This document shows positions 36,335 to 49,784 of a stretch of 64,000 nucleotides of DNA, piece after piece (positions within the stretch are counted from its first letter, which is position 1; each line of letters opens with the position of its first letter). Origin of the DNA: Leucoraja erinacea (taxonomy: Eukaryota); the NCBI RefSeq assembly GCF_028641065.1, contig NC_073378.1, positions 56,730,001 through 56,794,000 of the forward strand, given 5' to 3'. The position numbers and the translations under genes were made by a program. A model generated the notes under the pieces. It did not search any database. It was given only the letters and a program-made list of their open reading frames with translations, and had not been told where the DNA came from.

Positions 36335-36880
36335 TCCCCCTCCCTCTCCCTCTCCCCCCTCTCTCTCTCTCCCCGCCTCTTTCTCTTTTTCTCTCTCCTC
36401 CATCGTCCTCTCTCTCCCCCTCTCTCCTCTCCCCCTCTCTCCCCCCTCTCTCTCCCCCTCCTCCCCTCCTCGAGGGCGTACTCTCTCTGCCCCCTCTCTA
36501 TCGCCCTCTCCCCTCTCTCCCCTTTCCCTTTTTCTCAACTCCCCCTCTCCCCTCCCCCCCCCCCTCTCCCCCCCCCTCCCCCCCTCCCCCCCCCCCCCCC
36601 CTCCCCCTCCCCCCCCTCCCCCCCCTCCCCCCCCCCCCCCCCTTCCCCCCTCCGCCTCCCCTATCTCCCCCTCTCCTCCCCCCCTCCCTAGCCCCTCACC
36701 CCCCTCCCCCCCTCTCTCTCCCCCCTCCTCCTCCCCCTCTCTCTCTCCCCGCCCCCCCTCTCCTCTCCTCTCCCCCCCCTCTCTCTATCTCCCCTATTTT
36801 TCCCCCTCTCCTCCCCCCATCCTCTCCCCCATCCTCCCTCCCCTAAACCCCCCTCCCCTCCACACACCCCTACCCCCTTA
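36335..36880. repeat. Low-complexity C/T tract
   Basis: almost pure C/T next to the gap. Confidence 0.9.
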
Positions 36881-38451
36881 CACTGCATTCCGTGGGGCTG
36901 GCAACTATGTACTTCTAAAGTAAGGTAAAGGTTGTGACTCCGAAGTAAAATTAGGTGTCAAATTAAACTTCTTTTTATGCTTTATCCGATGGATAAATTA
37001 AAGACTTGATTTTTAAAATCTCAAAGTTTTGTAACATTGCTAGTTTTACTGATCCAAGTACTCAACCTATCACACCCTCCTAACCCCATTCTCCTCCCCA
37101 TAACCTCTGTCACGTACTAATACCCGTATATCTTGACACTCGTACATCATGACACCCGTATATCATGATAAATTTAATCAGTGCATCTCATCCTCATGTT
37201 CAGGGTATAACTGACAAGGGACTTTACAGAGTTACTATCAATAGGGCTTTGAAAATGTGACATAAAATAAGTGTTGGGTACTTGAAGGCTCGGTAAGAAT
37301 GAGCCTGCCCGCCCTTCACTCTGTGGGGATTTCCCCAGGGAAACTCAACATTGCTGCAAAAAAACATTTCAAATTCATTTCCAAAGCCTCTTGAAACTGA
37401 ATTTCCACCTTGCTCTGGAAATGAGAGGCTTTCTGTTTTTCTCAGTTGTGTTTATGCTTTTTAGTAAACTGTGATGTTTTGGCTTCAATTATTCATTTAT
37501 TGGCCTGTTTTTATGTCTTTATTTTTCACATTCCACCAAAATATTGAGTTCAATTCTTTATTTAAATGTCCAACTGAAATTACATCAGCACTCTAAACAG
37601 TTTATCGCAGTGAAGGCAGCTATTTCTCTTATTGTGCCATAAAAGTGCAGCCTATTTATTCTCATTCTGGATCATTTCCATTTCAATTCCATTTTATAAA
37701 CCATACCGCTTCTTCATCTGTGCTGGGTTCAGTCCAAAAAATCATGCACGTAAAATGATTCTCCTAACCTTACCATTTATTCTTCTAATCTTTGATCCTT
37801 CAAGATTACCTTAAATTTATACTCTCTAGTTTTCAATTCTCAGAAGCAGTTGAGATTTAGCGTTTCTGATTTTGGGTCTGAGAAGCAGCATTTTGGACAA
37901 AATGAAGAAAGCCCACACAGCTAGAGATGGCTAAGTAGGTCATTGCAATGTCAATGAAAAGAACAATTTCCCACAGGAGCAATTTCCAGGCTTTGCCTTG
38001 AGATGTAAATCCTGAACAGTTCCAATGCCAAACAACAGACTCTGAAGACACATTTGTTGAAAACTTCCACAATGCCCTTTGCATGTAATGCTTCTGTATC
38101 TTTCCATACATTTATGGAAGTAAATTGCCCAACGTTGAGCAGGAGCCAGAAATATGAGCTAACAGCTTCTCACTGCAGGAAAATAGATCTGGAAATGGTA
38201 GAAAAATGATAAAAACAAGGGAACATATCAAGTGTTCATATAGCATAGGGAAACCTTAGATACAGTACAGCAAAAATATGATTTAGACGAGGACATATAA
38301 CTAATCTAAAACAGAAACTAAACTATTTGTAGCTTCTATCGTTGAATGTTGACAATTTCTAATTTACCCAAGTCCATTTAAGTTTGATTTAAAAACAAGC
38401 TGTTTTTTTCCATTGGGCTATGTGGTGCGCAGTGTTGGAGTTGCTGTCTTA

Positions 38452-38805
38452 CTAAGGAGACCTAAACAGCAACCTCTGGTGACCTTGCCCACCACCCAAA
38501 AAAAAATCAAGGTCGAGGTGGCCTGCAACCTCCTACGACCTCCCACGCATATGTTGAAAACCTTCCTCGACTATGAAGAAAACCAGCTTAAACTAGACCT
38601 GCGACAAAAAAATTATTTTTAGTCGAGGCCAGTTTTAATCATGATGAAAAAATAACAGCAACCTAGATGAAGCCTCGACCACGTGGAAACCACTTTCGAC
38701 CATTAGGGAGAGTGACCAAAACTTCCGGTGACCTCATGGAAACCTTGGGTGGCGGGCAAAGTCACCAGAGGTTGTTGTTTAGGTCTCCTAAGTGGGACAG
38801 GGGCA
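38452..38805. mobile_element. PIF/Harbinger-type MITE (left end clipped)
   Basis: ~55-bp IR aggagacctaaacagcaacctctggtgacc.. / ..ggtctcctaagtgggacaggggca|tta; terminus shared with the 52669 element. Confidence 0.7.
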
Positions 38806-38807
38806 TT

Positions 38808-39095
38808 ACATAGAAACATAGAAAATAGGTGCAGGAGGAGGCCATTCGGCCCTTCGAGCCAGCACCACCATTCATTGTGATCATGGCTGATCGTCCCCTA
38901 TCAATAACCCGTGCCTGCCTTCTCCCCATATCCCTTGACGCCACTAGCCCCTAGAGCTCTATCTAACTCTCTCTTAAATCCATCCAGTGACTTGGCCTCC
39001 ACTGCCCTCTGTGGCAGGGAATTCCATAAATTCACAACTCTCTGGGTGAAAAAGTGTTTTTCTCACCTCAGTCTTAAATAACCTCCCCTTTATTC
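38808..39095 (-). mobile_element. CR1 3' end
   Basis: (catagaaa)n tail and LFKTEVRK. Confidence 0.85.
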
Positions 39096-39348
39096 TCTGT
39101 ACGGAGTTTGTGCGTTTTCCCTGTGACTGCGTGGGTTTTCTCTGGGTGCTCCGGTTTCCACACTCCAAAGATGTACAGGTTTTGTAGTTTAATTGGCGTT
39201 ATTAAATAAATTGTAAATTCTCCCCAGTGCATAGGATAATGTTGGTGTACTGGATGATCGCTGCTTGGCGCGGACTCAGTGGGTTGAAAGACCTGCTTCC
39301 ACGATGTATCTCTAAAGTCTAACGTCTAACGTCTAAAGTCTCAAGTCT
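39096..39348 (+). mobile_element. HE1-like V-SINE body (head at ~38420-38451)
   Basis: ctgtacggagtttgtgcgttttccctgtgactgcgtgggttttctc...ctctaaagtctaa tail. Confidence 0.7.
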
Positions 39349-40273
39349 CCTGAGGGTCAGGGAAATTGCCAGAGGCAAATTCATCTGTTTTACTTGGCGC
39401 TCTTCAATCAACCTACTATTATTTGGACCTCTTCTCAAGGGCACAGTCTAAAGTTGAAACAGGGAGAACCAAGCAAATGGAGGAGCAAGTTCACGTTGAG
39501 GCAGCCTGAAGCTGGTTAAAGGGGTTGATGTGGACGTCTAGGAACTACAGATGAAAGGTGTTCACTGCTGAGCTTCATCAATTTGTTTTTCAGAATTGTG
39601 AAGAACCACGCAAAGTATTCTCACTATACATGGTCAATTCAAGTAAGGAACTGACCTAAAACATCACCTATCTACTCCCTCCGCACGTCCTGCCTGATGC
39701 CTGATCCAGCACTGAATTGACTAGTCCAACATACTTGCAAGATTAGTGCAAACTTTTCATTCCCTCAATATATACGAGTACTTCCATGCGAAAAGACAGT
39801 GAAAAGGTCTTTCTCCATAATGATTTTTTAGTCCCAGCACCAAACTTAAACTGAGTATAATTATACACATGAATAAACTCAATAAAGTTATTGGCAGCTA
39901 GCATATTGCACAGTTGCCCAATTTTGTAACAAGAACCAAGCTCACAAACTTGAGTTGTCCTAGTTTATTTATATAACTACTCCAATGTTGATTGCTAAAA
40001 GTGGGATCGATTACGCTGGTGATTATTTCCATAAGGCTCGCCATATATAGATGTGCCTCTGAGTCAGAATGTTTCAGAGCTTGTAAAATAAGTAGCTCTT
40101 ATTATATACATGACATGCACAAATTTCCTTTTGCCTCTTAATTATCATGATCTCAATAACCTGCAAGTGCTTACTCCTTACAGGTGTCCATCTTAAAATA
40201 TCACTGTGGGGTCAAATTCATCCAATGGGACAGGGCCTGTTGAAAGAGAATCCAAGTCATCAGTTCAGTTCAG

Positions 40274-40404
40274 CCTGAAGAAGGGTTTCGGCCCGAAGCG
40301 TTGCCTATTTCCTTTGCTCCATAGATGCTGCCTCACCCGCTGAGTTTCTCCAGCATTTTTGTCTACCTTTGATTTTCTAGCATCTGCAGTTCCTTCTTGA
40401 ACAT
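40274..40404 (+). mobile_element. Penelope-type short repeat, 10-bp TSD
   Basis: ttcagttcag at 40264-40273 and 40405-40414; hammerhead GAAA mutated to GAAG. Confidence 0.75.
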
Positions 40405-40657
40405 TTCAGTTCAGGATCCTTTGTCAGACCTGTGAAAGGAAGAAATAAATTAGTTTCTTTCTCCAAATATTAGTGATGAAATTATGGAGCGTGGAAACTA
40501 GCCCTTCGGACCAACTCATCCATACCGATCAAGATACCCCATCTAAGCTAGTCCCATTTGTCCACATTTGGCACAAGTCCCTCTTAAATTTTCCTATCCA
40601 TATACCTGTCCATGTATCTATTAAATGCTGTTGTAGTGCTTGCCTCAGCAGCCTCTT

Positions 40658-40975
40658 TTAGTTTAGCTGAGGGATATAGCATGGAAACAGACCATTCGGC
40701 CCACTGAGTCCAGGCCAACTAACAATCACCACATACCTGTACATTAGTTTTATACTACACTCTAGGTACACTTTATACTACACAATTTACAGAAGCTAAT
40801 TAATCTGCAAATCTGCATGTCTTGGGATTGGAGGAGGATACCAGAGCTCCCGGAGAAAACCCACACGGTCACAGGGAGGACATGCAAATTCCGTACAAAC
40901 AGCACCCGTAGTCAGGATTGAAACCAAATCTCTTGTGCTATAAGGCAGTAGCTCTACCACTGCACCAATATGCCC
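40658..40975 (-). mobile_element. HE1-like V-SINE (adjacent CR1 tail 40480-40655)
   Basis: tRNA-like head, V-domain and CR1-type tail. Confidence 0.75.
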
Positions 40976-41399
40976 ACTACAGCTCTGGAAGACGTGTTCG
41001 GGCAGCTCATTCTCTTAACCTGGGTAAAAGACCCCGCCTGACCTAGTGAATGTTTCAAGCATTTTCCATTTCTGTTTAAGATTTCCAGCATCTGTTTTTT
41101 GCTGCAGTTCATCTTCTACTGAAAACCTCACCTTAAGAGAGCTTGTGGCTTCCTAATCATTGTATGCTACAAACGGATGTGTTGCAGATGTCTCCTCTTC
41201 CAACTGAGAAGGATAGTAACAAAGGAATGAAAAGCCACTCTGACCTGAAAACTTGATTATGCCCCTTCCAGATAACTGTTATTTTTGGCAACGGTATATG
41301 CCACATGTTTATCATCATTTTCTCAGTGAACCTAGCTTTTCAAAAACATTTCTTCTCACTGAGAATGGCTGCACACTTGGTGTGAAAGATACATATTCT

Positions 41400-41835
41400 A
41401 GATGCGCTGGGACGCATCTTCAGTGATGAGACCTGGGGTCATTGGATGTTTCGGGTCTCACAACATCAGACACCCTCGCCCAGGTGACCCAGCCCGGGTC
41501 GATCAAGCCCCGACGCGTCCCAGCAGCAACCGCCCATGGATCAGCCCTCTTAATCCAAAGCCACCTAGTGGCTTTCTCTGCGGCTTCGCTTGTGGATTGA
41601 ATGGCCCTCTTCTTTGCCAGCCTTGTAATGCCCAACTGGTTAAGGACTTTGCAGAGTGAGCGTCCTACAAAGCCTCTACAGCCCATCTCCATGGACTCAT
41701 AGTATGTCTTCCAGCCTCTGTCCTGGCACATCTCCACCAGTTCCTGGTACTTTGCATGTTTCTTCTCATTAGCCTCTTCAATAAGCTCTTCCCAGGGCAC
41801 TGTCAGCTCCAGAACGATCAGCTGTTTTATCAAGT
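41400..41835 (-). mobile_element. Hero-clade (restriction-like endonuclease) non-LTR retrotransposon 3' end
   Basis: ORF 41420..41833 LELTVPWEE.IEEANE.K.AKY.EL...GW....E.GCRGF.G.SL...AE.A.RWLWIKR. Confidence 0.8.
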
Positions 41836-42374
41836 CATACCCATGTGATTGATTAGTTGACTGGATGTTACAATCCCTATGATTCCACTACAATTGACAT
41901 TCTTGGGGATGACCACTAGGTGAATTTGCTAACAATCAGCCACATCTTCAGTTGTGTACCTCAACGTCACTGAGTGTTTCGGCCTTTTATCACAAGACGC
42001 CCTCAGTCGAGGCAGGCCCACTGCAGGTTGATCAGACCTGGGCGTGTGTCATATTGTTAGCCTCTAGGTGGTCATCTGGCAGCCCAGACAGCATCTTTCC
42101 TCTTCAGCCACAGCCAGTGACTGCTCAGTTCTTTGGCATTGACAAGTTATTTTATTGCCCTCCTTTGTGCCTGCCCTTTGACTACTACTTCCCTCAGGAG
42201 CCTTGCGGTGGAACTGGCTACAAAGCCCCCGCACCCCACCTCCACTGGACACACCCTTACACTCACTAAGTAAGGGTTCCTACACCTCACAATGATACAA
42301 TGTGTGCCTGTTGATGGCACCAAAGCTCTTGTTTATATAGGCTACATGACCGTGAAAATCTGAAAAAAACCCTC

Positions 42375-42560
42375 TAGATGCTGGAAGTCTGAAATAAAAA
42401 CAGAAAGTGCTGGAAACACTCAACAGTTCAAGCAGTATGAAAAGAGAATCAGAGTTAGCATTTCAGTTATGATGAAGGGTCTTCAACCTGGAAATATTGT
42501 CTCTATTGTACTTGTTATCGACACTTCCTGACCTGCAAAGACTTTCCAGCATTTTCAGCT
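42375..42560. mobile_element. Older Penelope-type inverted pair
   Basis: minus arm ..tgctggaaacactcaac.. followed by plus arm tgatgaagggtc..ccagcattt. Confidence 0.55.
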
Positions 42561-42894
42561 TCAAGACCATGTTGTTGTGGATGACAATGAAATAAGTTAT
42601 GTTTCTGGCAAAATGTCAAGAACTGCTGCAACAATTATTCCTTCACCTACCACAGCCCAGTGGGACCATTCCAATATGTCTAGGACTGGACAACTATTGT
42701 GAATGCTACAGAGTAGGCATGGGCCACAAAAGTATCATTTCTCCAGACAGGCCAAGCATCCTTCCCATGGAACTGCACACCCTTGCTTTTCTGGGTTTTT
42801 TTTGTCACCATAGTTGTTGCCAAGATTCTTGTCACTACAGCCACTAAGATCTTTGCGCTGTTACTCATTCAGAGGAAGATATCTGCCTTTCATT

Positions 42895-42976
42895 GAAGGA
42901 CACACAACGCTGGAATAAATCAATGGGTCAGGCAGCATCTTAGGCAGCGTTTCGGGTTGAGACCATCTTCAGACCC
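42895..42976 (-). mobile_element. Penelope-type short repeat with hammerhead core
   Basis: minus strand gggt CTGAAGA tggtctcaaccc GAAA cgct gcct. Confidence 0.6.
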
Positions 42977-43961
42977 TTTTTCTGCCTTTCAATTCCAGCT
43001 CCTTTCTATCTCACCTCTTTGGCACGATCAATGCACACCAATGCATGCAGACATACATGTCTAATCATGGCATGTGCTTGTGGACAGTCACAGCCTGGCC
43101 CAACATCTCCCCTTCCTAGCATCAGAGAATGACTTTTTAATTTAACTCTCATTCTATACTTTAAACCAGGTCATTCTTAAAGAGATTGAGCAGGTTGCTC
43201 AAAACTACCCCTCAGTGTTTCACCTTTAAGTTAGGAAAATCATGAGCTGTAAGTTTTTTTTAGCTGACCCATAAAAAAACCCAAGTGGAATAAGCATTTC
43301 CTTATCAGGCACGTTTGTTGACATCTTTTACAAAGCACCATTTCAGCCTAAATATAAACAGGCACATTCTGCACTGCATCAGGGTCACATTCAGGGTCAT
43401 GTTGTATTGAAAGGACTGCATATCACTTGCCCCACAGAACATGGCTACCCACACTTTTGATATTTTGAACTGCAATGCCAAATACATGGAACAGCAAGTA
43501 ATTTTAGCTTTGTTTCATATGTAATAAAGTTCTGAATATACTTTTGTTGCCCTGGGGTCTTTCGAGCACATAATGCACTTGCATGAAAAGTTATAGAACG
43601 AGCTTGGACTCCATGAGAAAAATTCCAGCACTTCATCAATGTCACATGATCATTTTTATCTTATCTAAAAATCACAAATATTGTGGAAGCATAGACATGG
43701 CTTTGTTATGATTTTTGCTAATCTGTTGATAAAAGTTGAATTATTTTGCATGTTTCATTCCATATAAGGAAGACTCAACTTCAGAGTTTCTCTAAAATAA
43801 ATATTTTTTTATATTTACTGTGGCTTATTCTTGGAAGTTAGCTGGGCCTTTCAGGAAAAGGTCACAAATGCTTTTGCAGCTTTTTGCTGAGGTCATCTCT
43901 TTTGTTCTCTAACATGTGATTCCAGATAAGCCAGTCACCACCTTAGACCTGGACAGGTTGA

Positions 43962-44296
43962 CCTTTAGACCTTAGACTTTAGAGATACAGCGTGGAAACA
44001 GGCCCTTCAGCCCACTGAGTCCGCTTCAACCAGCAATCCCCGTACACTGACACTATTCTGCACACAAGGGACAATTTTTCAATTTCACCAAAGCCAATCA
44101 ACCTGCAAACCTGTACGTCTTTGGACTGTGGGAGGAAACCGATGATCTCGGAGAAACCCCATGTGGCCATCTGGAGAAAACCCAAGCACTCACAGGGAGA
44201 ACATACAAACTCTGTACAGACAGTACACTCAGTCAGGATCGAATTCAGGTCTCTGTCGCTGTAAGGCAGCAACTCTACTGCTGCTCCACCGTGCCA
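43962..44296 (-). mobile_element. HE1-like V-SINE, near full length
   Basis: ggcacggtggagcagcagtagagttgctgcc head to gggcctgtttccacgctgtatctctaaagtctaa tail. Confidence 0.8.
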
Positions 44297-45034
44297 ACTT
44301 CCTCTATTGATTTCCATGGAGAACGTCTACAAAGGTCTAAGATGTCAATATGTTTAGATTATATTAATGGCTTAGAATTATTTTATGCGTTAATTTTTTT
44401 TTCATTTCTGTTCTTTTGAATGGTTCTGAAAGTGAGAATGTTGGCAACATTTGAGAGCTTGATATGCCAGGAGATAGTTAGGGTGCTCTCAAAGAACTTT
44501 AATACCGATTTTGTGGGTGTGGCTTCACCTGAGCCCTGTAAACATTGGGATGTATCAGCTGGATATCTACAATTATGCAGGGCTTTGTCGTTGAACAGAT
44601 ATTTCACCATTAAATAGAAATTCTAGGTAGTTCCACATCCAATAAAAAACGAGTAAATTAGTCCTTGTCCTCTTTTATAGAAACAGCATAGAGCCCAAGG
44701 GATAGTCAATTACCATGTTACCATTTCTAACGCTTAAACTAATCTAGTTATATGGGACATAATTCTCTCTCTGCCAACTATAAGGAAATAGGAAAGTCAA
44801 ATTTAAACAGTACCATCCCAATTGCATCAAGTTACATTATAAATTGACTCTAAATTGGCCAAATCAATTTTGTTTGATGCTGGAATGACAAAACAACACA
44901 TTAAATGACATGCCAACTTTTGAACCGTGAAGTGTGGTTACCGATTCCAAACTTTTAATACCACAAACACATTCTGTGTTCCATACAAATCACTTCTTTG
45001 AGAAATCGTTTTTTATTATTTATAAGTTATTTAT

Positions 45035-45205
45035 GTTAGATAGAGCTCTAGGGGCTCGTGGAGTCAAGGAATTTGGGGAGAAGGCAGGCACGGGTTATTG
45101 ATGGGGGACGATCAGCCATGATCACAATGAATGGCGGTGCTAGCTCGAAAGGCCGAATGGCCTCCTCCTGCACCTATTTTCTATGTTTGTATGTTTCTAT
45201 GTTCT
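45035..45205 (+). mobile_element. CR1 3' end
   Basis: gaatggcctcctcctgcacctattttctatg tail. Confidence 0.8.
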
Positions 45206-47009
45206 ATTCCATTCCTCTAAATGACCATTATCATTTATGGTGAGTAGTGCACCTTCCTGCGATTGAAGTGACATACTGGAAAGGCATAGGGTGAATTGTT
45301 CTGCATTTGACTCTGCTTTCCTAATGTGATAATACTTTATGGCAACACCAGTTAATGATGTCAGAATGGCAACCTCCACTATTCACTCGCAAAGAAACAC
45401 TTATAATTTTTAGTTATCATATTATAAAAATGGCTTAATAGTTTTTTGTTGGTAATGTATGCATCATTACAAAGTCTTGCAATATCCTGGCATTCTTCAT
45501 CTCTGTCCTTCTAGAATATTTTATCCAAGGACAGCTACATGAATGTTTTAATTTGCGCATTGTTTTATTTTATTTTTGTTTTGTTTAACAGCTTTGATGT
45601 GATGACTTCCATTTGGTGCTTAAGCCTTTTCTGTCCTTAGACATTCAATTGAAATATTCTGCATTTTTCTTACCAGTGCTGTATTCTGGACATGAAGATC
45701 TGATAGCTATGCTTTTGAGCAAATTTAAATGTGGAAAACTTTCTTATCAATGTCCTATTGCAACAAGAGTGATTTTTTACATCACTGACCTGACTTGGTT
45801 CTGTATTTCATTCAGAACATTCTTGATGTCTCACATATGTATTTCTGAATCTTTTGTCAAATAAATAAAACTGTTCAGTGTTTTCAGTGCTTACAAATTA
45901 TTTCAATGTTGCATTGCGATAACTGTCAGTCACCTTAATTTTACTGAATAAATAGTGATGCTTTAAAAACAAAATTTCATCTTTATAGGGCAAAATCCAT
46001 TTGGGATAACTTGTGTCCTATTTTCCAACAGGCACTTCACTCTCTCCCTCCTTGAAGACAATAATATTCATTACTTTTCTTCCAGGAATTTTAAGTCCTG
46101 ATACGGATGAATTTATTGTACTTGAGGTTGACTCGATTGTATTTATGTTTGGTGTATCTGCTCTGTTCGTATAGCATGCAAAACAAACTTCTTCATTCTA
46201 CCTCAGTACAAGTACCAATTATAATAAACATAAATCTAAAAGTTAAAACAAAAAATGTCCATATAGGTTACAGTATAATGATGCACTGAGGGCAGTTAGG
46301 TAAAAAAATATTCAACAGAATGGCTGGACAAAATGTGTTCATAATTGAGAATTTAAAGCATTATTCAAGTCTCAGCAGTCCTGGCCCGAAACGTCACCAA
46401 TCCTTTTTCTCCAGAGATGCTGCCTGACTTGCTGAGTTATGCCAGCACTTTGTGTTTATTCTCAGTAGTGACATTTACTTTATTTACTCATTTTTCGGGA
46501 CCTGGGCATGTTTGACAGGGCCAACATTTATTTCCCATCTCCGACAGCCTCTGAAAAGATGGTGAATCGCCTTCTTCAGTCACAGCAGACACTGTGGGGC
46601 AGCTACTCCAACAATTCTAGGAGGTAGGGATTTCTGGGATAAGGATAGATTGGCGATCAATATCCATGATAGGGTATGAAGACGCTTAAAGAGGAGGCTG
46701 CAGCCGATGCTGGTCCTATACGCTTGCTGCCTTTCTGCTTCTGGGTCATAAAAAGATAAGGGTTTAGGAGATGCTATTGAAGATATCTTCGCCAGTTACT
46801 ATTATTTTGCATATATTTAATACTGGAGGTAGAATGTTCCATTGGTGCAGGGAATTCATATTCTATCTGACTGATGGGTTACTAATCAGGCAGGATGATT
46901 TGCCCTGGATGAGGTGAAGCATCTTGAATGTTGCTGAACTCACCTTGACAAGTGGACTGTTTTCCATTGTAGAACTAACATGTATCACAGAAATGGAAAG
47001 GCTCTGACG

Positions 47010-47490
47010 TGTCAGATGAATTACTTACTGCTAGAAAAGCCCCTGGTGAGCCGTGCGGGGCGGCACAAGATCTTGACGTGCCACGGCTATACCTTGACAA
47101 CATACCTGGCTCGCCCGCCGTGGAATCGAGAATCCACCTGGAGTCGTTCAAAGCTCGTCTCGTGCTCCACCTCGAAACTCTGGAATCGGGAAGGAGGGTG
47201 GAGGGAATCGGCGATGGTAGTGGACGCTGGATAAAGGGCTGTTTTCAAGATGGTAGCAGACAGAGGAGAAGATTGTTGCCACCAGGAGAATGGGCCTTCA
47301 AGGCCAAGATAAGAATGCACTCTTAAGAACTTTGACACTTTATAGGCAATACAATAAGCACTTTTGTACTTATCTATGATTGTGCTTATCCATAAAATGC
47401 CTTCACTGGATTTGTATGCAAAATGTATTCACTATATGTAGGAGCATAGGTACATATGACAATAAAGTATCATCATCGTCATCATTTTCT
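47010..47490 (+). mobile_element. GC-rich retroposon with Rex1-type tail
   Basis: CpG-rich body; ttcact..acatatgacaataaa + (atc)n tail. Confidence 0.45.
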
Positions 47491-47689
47491 TCATTTATCC
47501 AATAGACCAATCAAAGTATTAATTTTATTTTTTGTAAGATGTCCATTCTGACATCTGTTCTGAAATTATCACTTTTTCTCTATGAATTGCCTATGATGCA
47601 GATGGAATTTAATCCAGATGAATACAAGGTGTTTGACAAGTTAAATTCTGGCAGGACGGACAGAGTTAATGGCAGGGACCTTCGGATGG

Positions 47690-47994
47690 TTAACACAGAA
47701 ACTACAGATGCTAGAATCTTGAGCAAAAATCAAAAGCTGGAGGAATTCATCAGGTCAGGCAGCATCTGTGGAGGGGATGGACAGGCAACGTTTTCAGATT
47801 GGACCCTTTTTCAGACTGGTGGGGGGGTTGCTTAATCTGATTTATCCTTAGTTGATTTACATTTCACCTCTGCTCTTCCTTCCTTATCTGATACCCTTTT
47901 GCATCCTTTCCACTTCCAGCCTTTGCCACTTACTCCATCCGTTTACCAATCACTGTCACCAGTATCCACCTATCACTCTCCAGGCTATGCCCAG

Positions 47995-48032
<38 letters not shown>

Positions 48033-48145
48033 ACCTCTCTTTTCCAGCTTTCTCCAACTACTCCTAAACCTTCCTGACCCAGAACATCATCTGTCCCACT
48101 GCCTGACCTGCACATGCTGCCTGACCTGTTGAGTTACTCCATCCT
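47690..48145. mobile_element. Penelope-type inverted pair with internal poly-C, inserted in CR1 (47600-48360)
   Basis: minus arm 47690-47820; plus arm ending tgctgcctgacctgttgagttactcca; C-run 47995-48032. Confidence 0.55.
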
Positions 48146-48371
48146 TTTATTTGTTAGCTCAGAAGTATGGATGCACAGAGGGACGTAAGGGTGCAAGTCC
48201 ATAGCTCGCTGAGAGTATTGACACAGGTGGACAGGAGAGTCAAGAAGGCATAGATTATAAGACTTAGGATGTCATGTTGCAGAACATCGGTTATACCACA
48301 GGGGACAGTTTGTACAGTTCTGGTCATCATGGTGCAGGAAGAATGTGATAGCAATAATGAAAGTGGAGGGA

Positions 48372-48990
48372 AGATTGGGGACGCTGCGAGCCAGCTGTCC
48401 TGCCAGCAGCGTGTTAGTTTTTTCTACTTTTTTTTTTTAGTGTGTCTCAATGTGTGTTTTTAATGTTTCTTGGTGTATCTTGTGTGGAATGTGGTTGGGG
48501 GGGTGGGGGTAAGGAGGAAACCGCTTTGGTCGCCTCCTCCACGGAGAGACGACTTTTTCCATGTCGCCTCCCTTGTGGCCTAACATAGAGGATCGGTGCA
48601 ACCTTTCCAGGAGACGCACCCGGGGCTTCAATTGCGGACTCTTCTGTCGCGGAGCAGGCGAGCCCTCGGCGGGGTCGCCGGGGGAGCGCTCCATTCGCTG
48701 GCCCATGGCAGCCTGAAGCCGCAGTCAGCGGAGCTCCACCTGGCGTGGCATCCGGAACCTGGGATATCTCTTTGGGGACGCTGGAGGTGAAGAGCTCCGA
48801 CCGCCGGCCTGCGGCCTACATCATCCAGAAGCCGCGGACTGCGGTGCTTCCGGCTGACACGATGTCCGGAGCCTAGGATCCCTCGTTGGGGACGCCGGAG
48901 GAGAAGAACTCCGACCGCTGGCCTGCGGCCAACTTCTAACCGCGGGTGCGGCGGGCAGGGACTTACCGTCCGGAGCAGGGTCCCTGGTTG
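48372..48990 (+). mobile_element. GC-rich repeat, 5' part, related to 57503-58346
   Basis: same order of blocks: gggg..gc..cagc, T-run, G-run, ggaaac.g.tt..gtcgc.tcct, repeated gagctcc. Confidence 0.5.
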
Positions 48991-49784
48991 TGGGCATCAC
49001 AACCAGCATGTTTGAGGTGACCCAAATGCCCTCCTCTTTCTTAAATGACTGGAGATTCCATGGTCATCCTAACCTATTCTTTTCACTGTCCTCTAACAGA
49101 AAGAATCAGATTTATACTTATTTATTTGTTGCTTCTGCAGCTGGATACATTTTTTTCCTCGTAATTCTATGATTAAAACAGAAGCTTTAATGCAATATGC
49201 TCCTTGGTGTTAAATACTCCAAATACGGTAATATGTTTTACCATTTGTTTGTTCTGTTAGTTCTACAACCATTGAATATGTTTAACTTTCCTTCAGATAA
49301 ATATTCTTTCAACCTTCACCCGTTAGTTTATATCTTTAGTTATGTAATCTATTTCATGATTTTTGTTTCTCCAAAGCAAGGGAATAACATTTGGATAAAG
49401 ATTGTTAGTTTACTGCTGAATTGATTTCAGATAGATTTCCTCAAATCCAGTGTAAACACTGATTTAATATATATGATAACAGCATCTATCTGTGCAAACA
49501 TCAAGCAAAAACACTTACAGTTGAGCAGCTAAACCATCACAATCTGCATGCAAAGCCTTTTTATTTTTCCATCATCAGCTGACCAGTGTAAGTAGTTGAG
49601 ATCTCCTAAAGCAGTTTTTTTTAATCTTAACAAATACCTCTTCCCCTTTAATGTGGATGAAACCACAAATGCATAACATAGTACAATTTCCCAGCAGTCC
49701 TTTTCTGTCCAATAGTTGGCATGTCATATCAAGGTGTCTTTTCCTCATCTCAGCATCAAACAAAATTGTACAAATGATGCAACG

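Noticed and set aside
36047-36888. Long Pro-rich and Gly/Glu/Arg-rich ORFs
   Set aside because: They span an N gap and a low-complexity C/T tract
39594-39642. Plus-strand 49-nt exon candidate
   Set aside because: No recognisable peptide and no partner exons on that strand
40183-40236. Minus-strand exon with strong acceptor
   Set aside because: Stops in all three frames before the donor; non-coding use cannot be supported
47995-48032. Poly-C tract as functional G-quadruplex
   Set aside because: Homopolymer within a repeat; length unreliable; no evidence of function
49519-49604. Minus-strand exon candidate
   Set aside because: All frames closed; A-rich, weak acceptor
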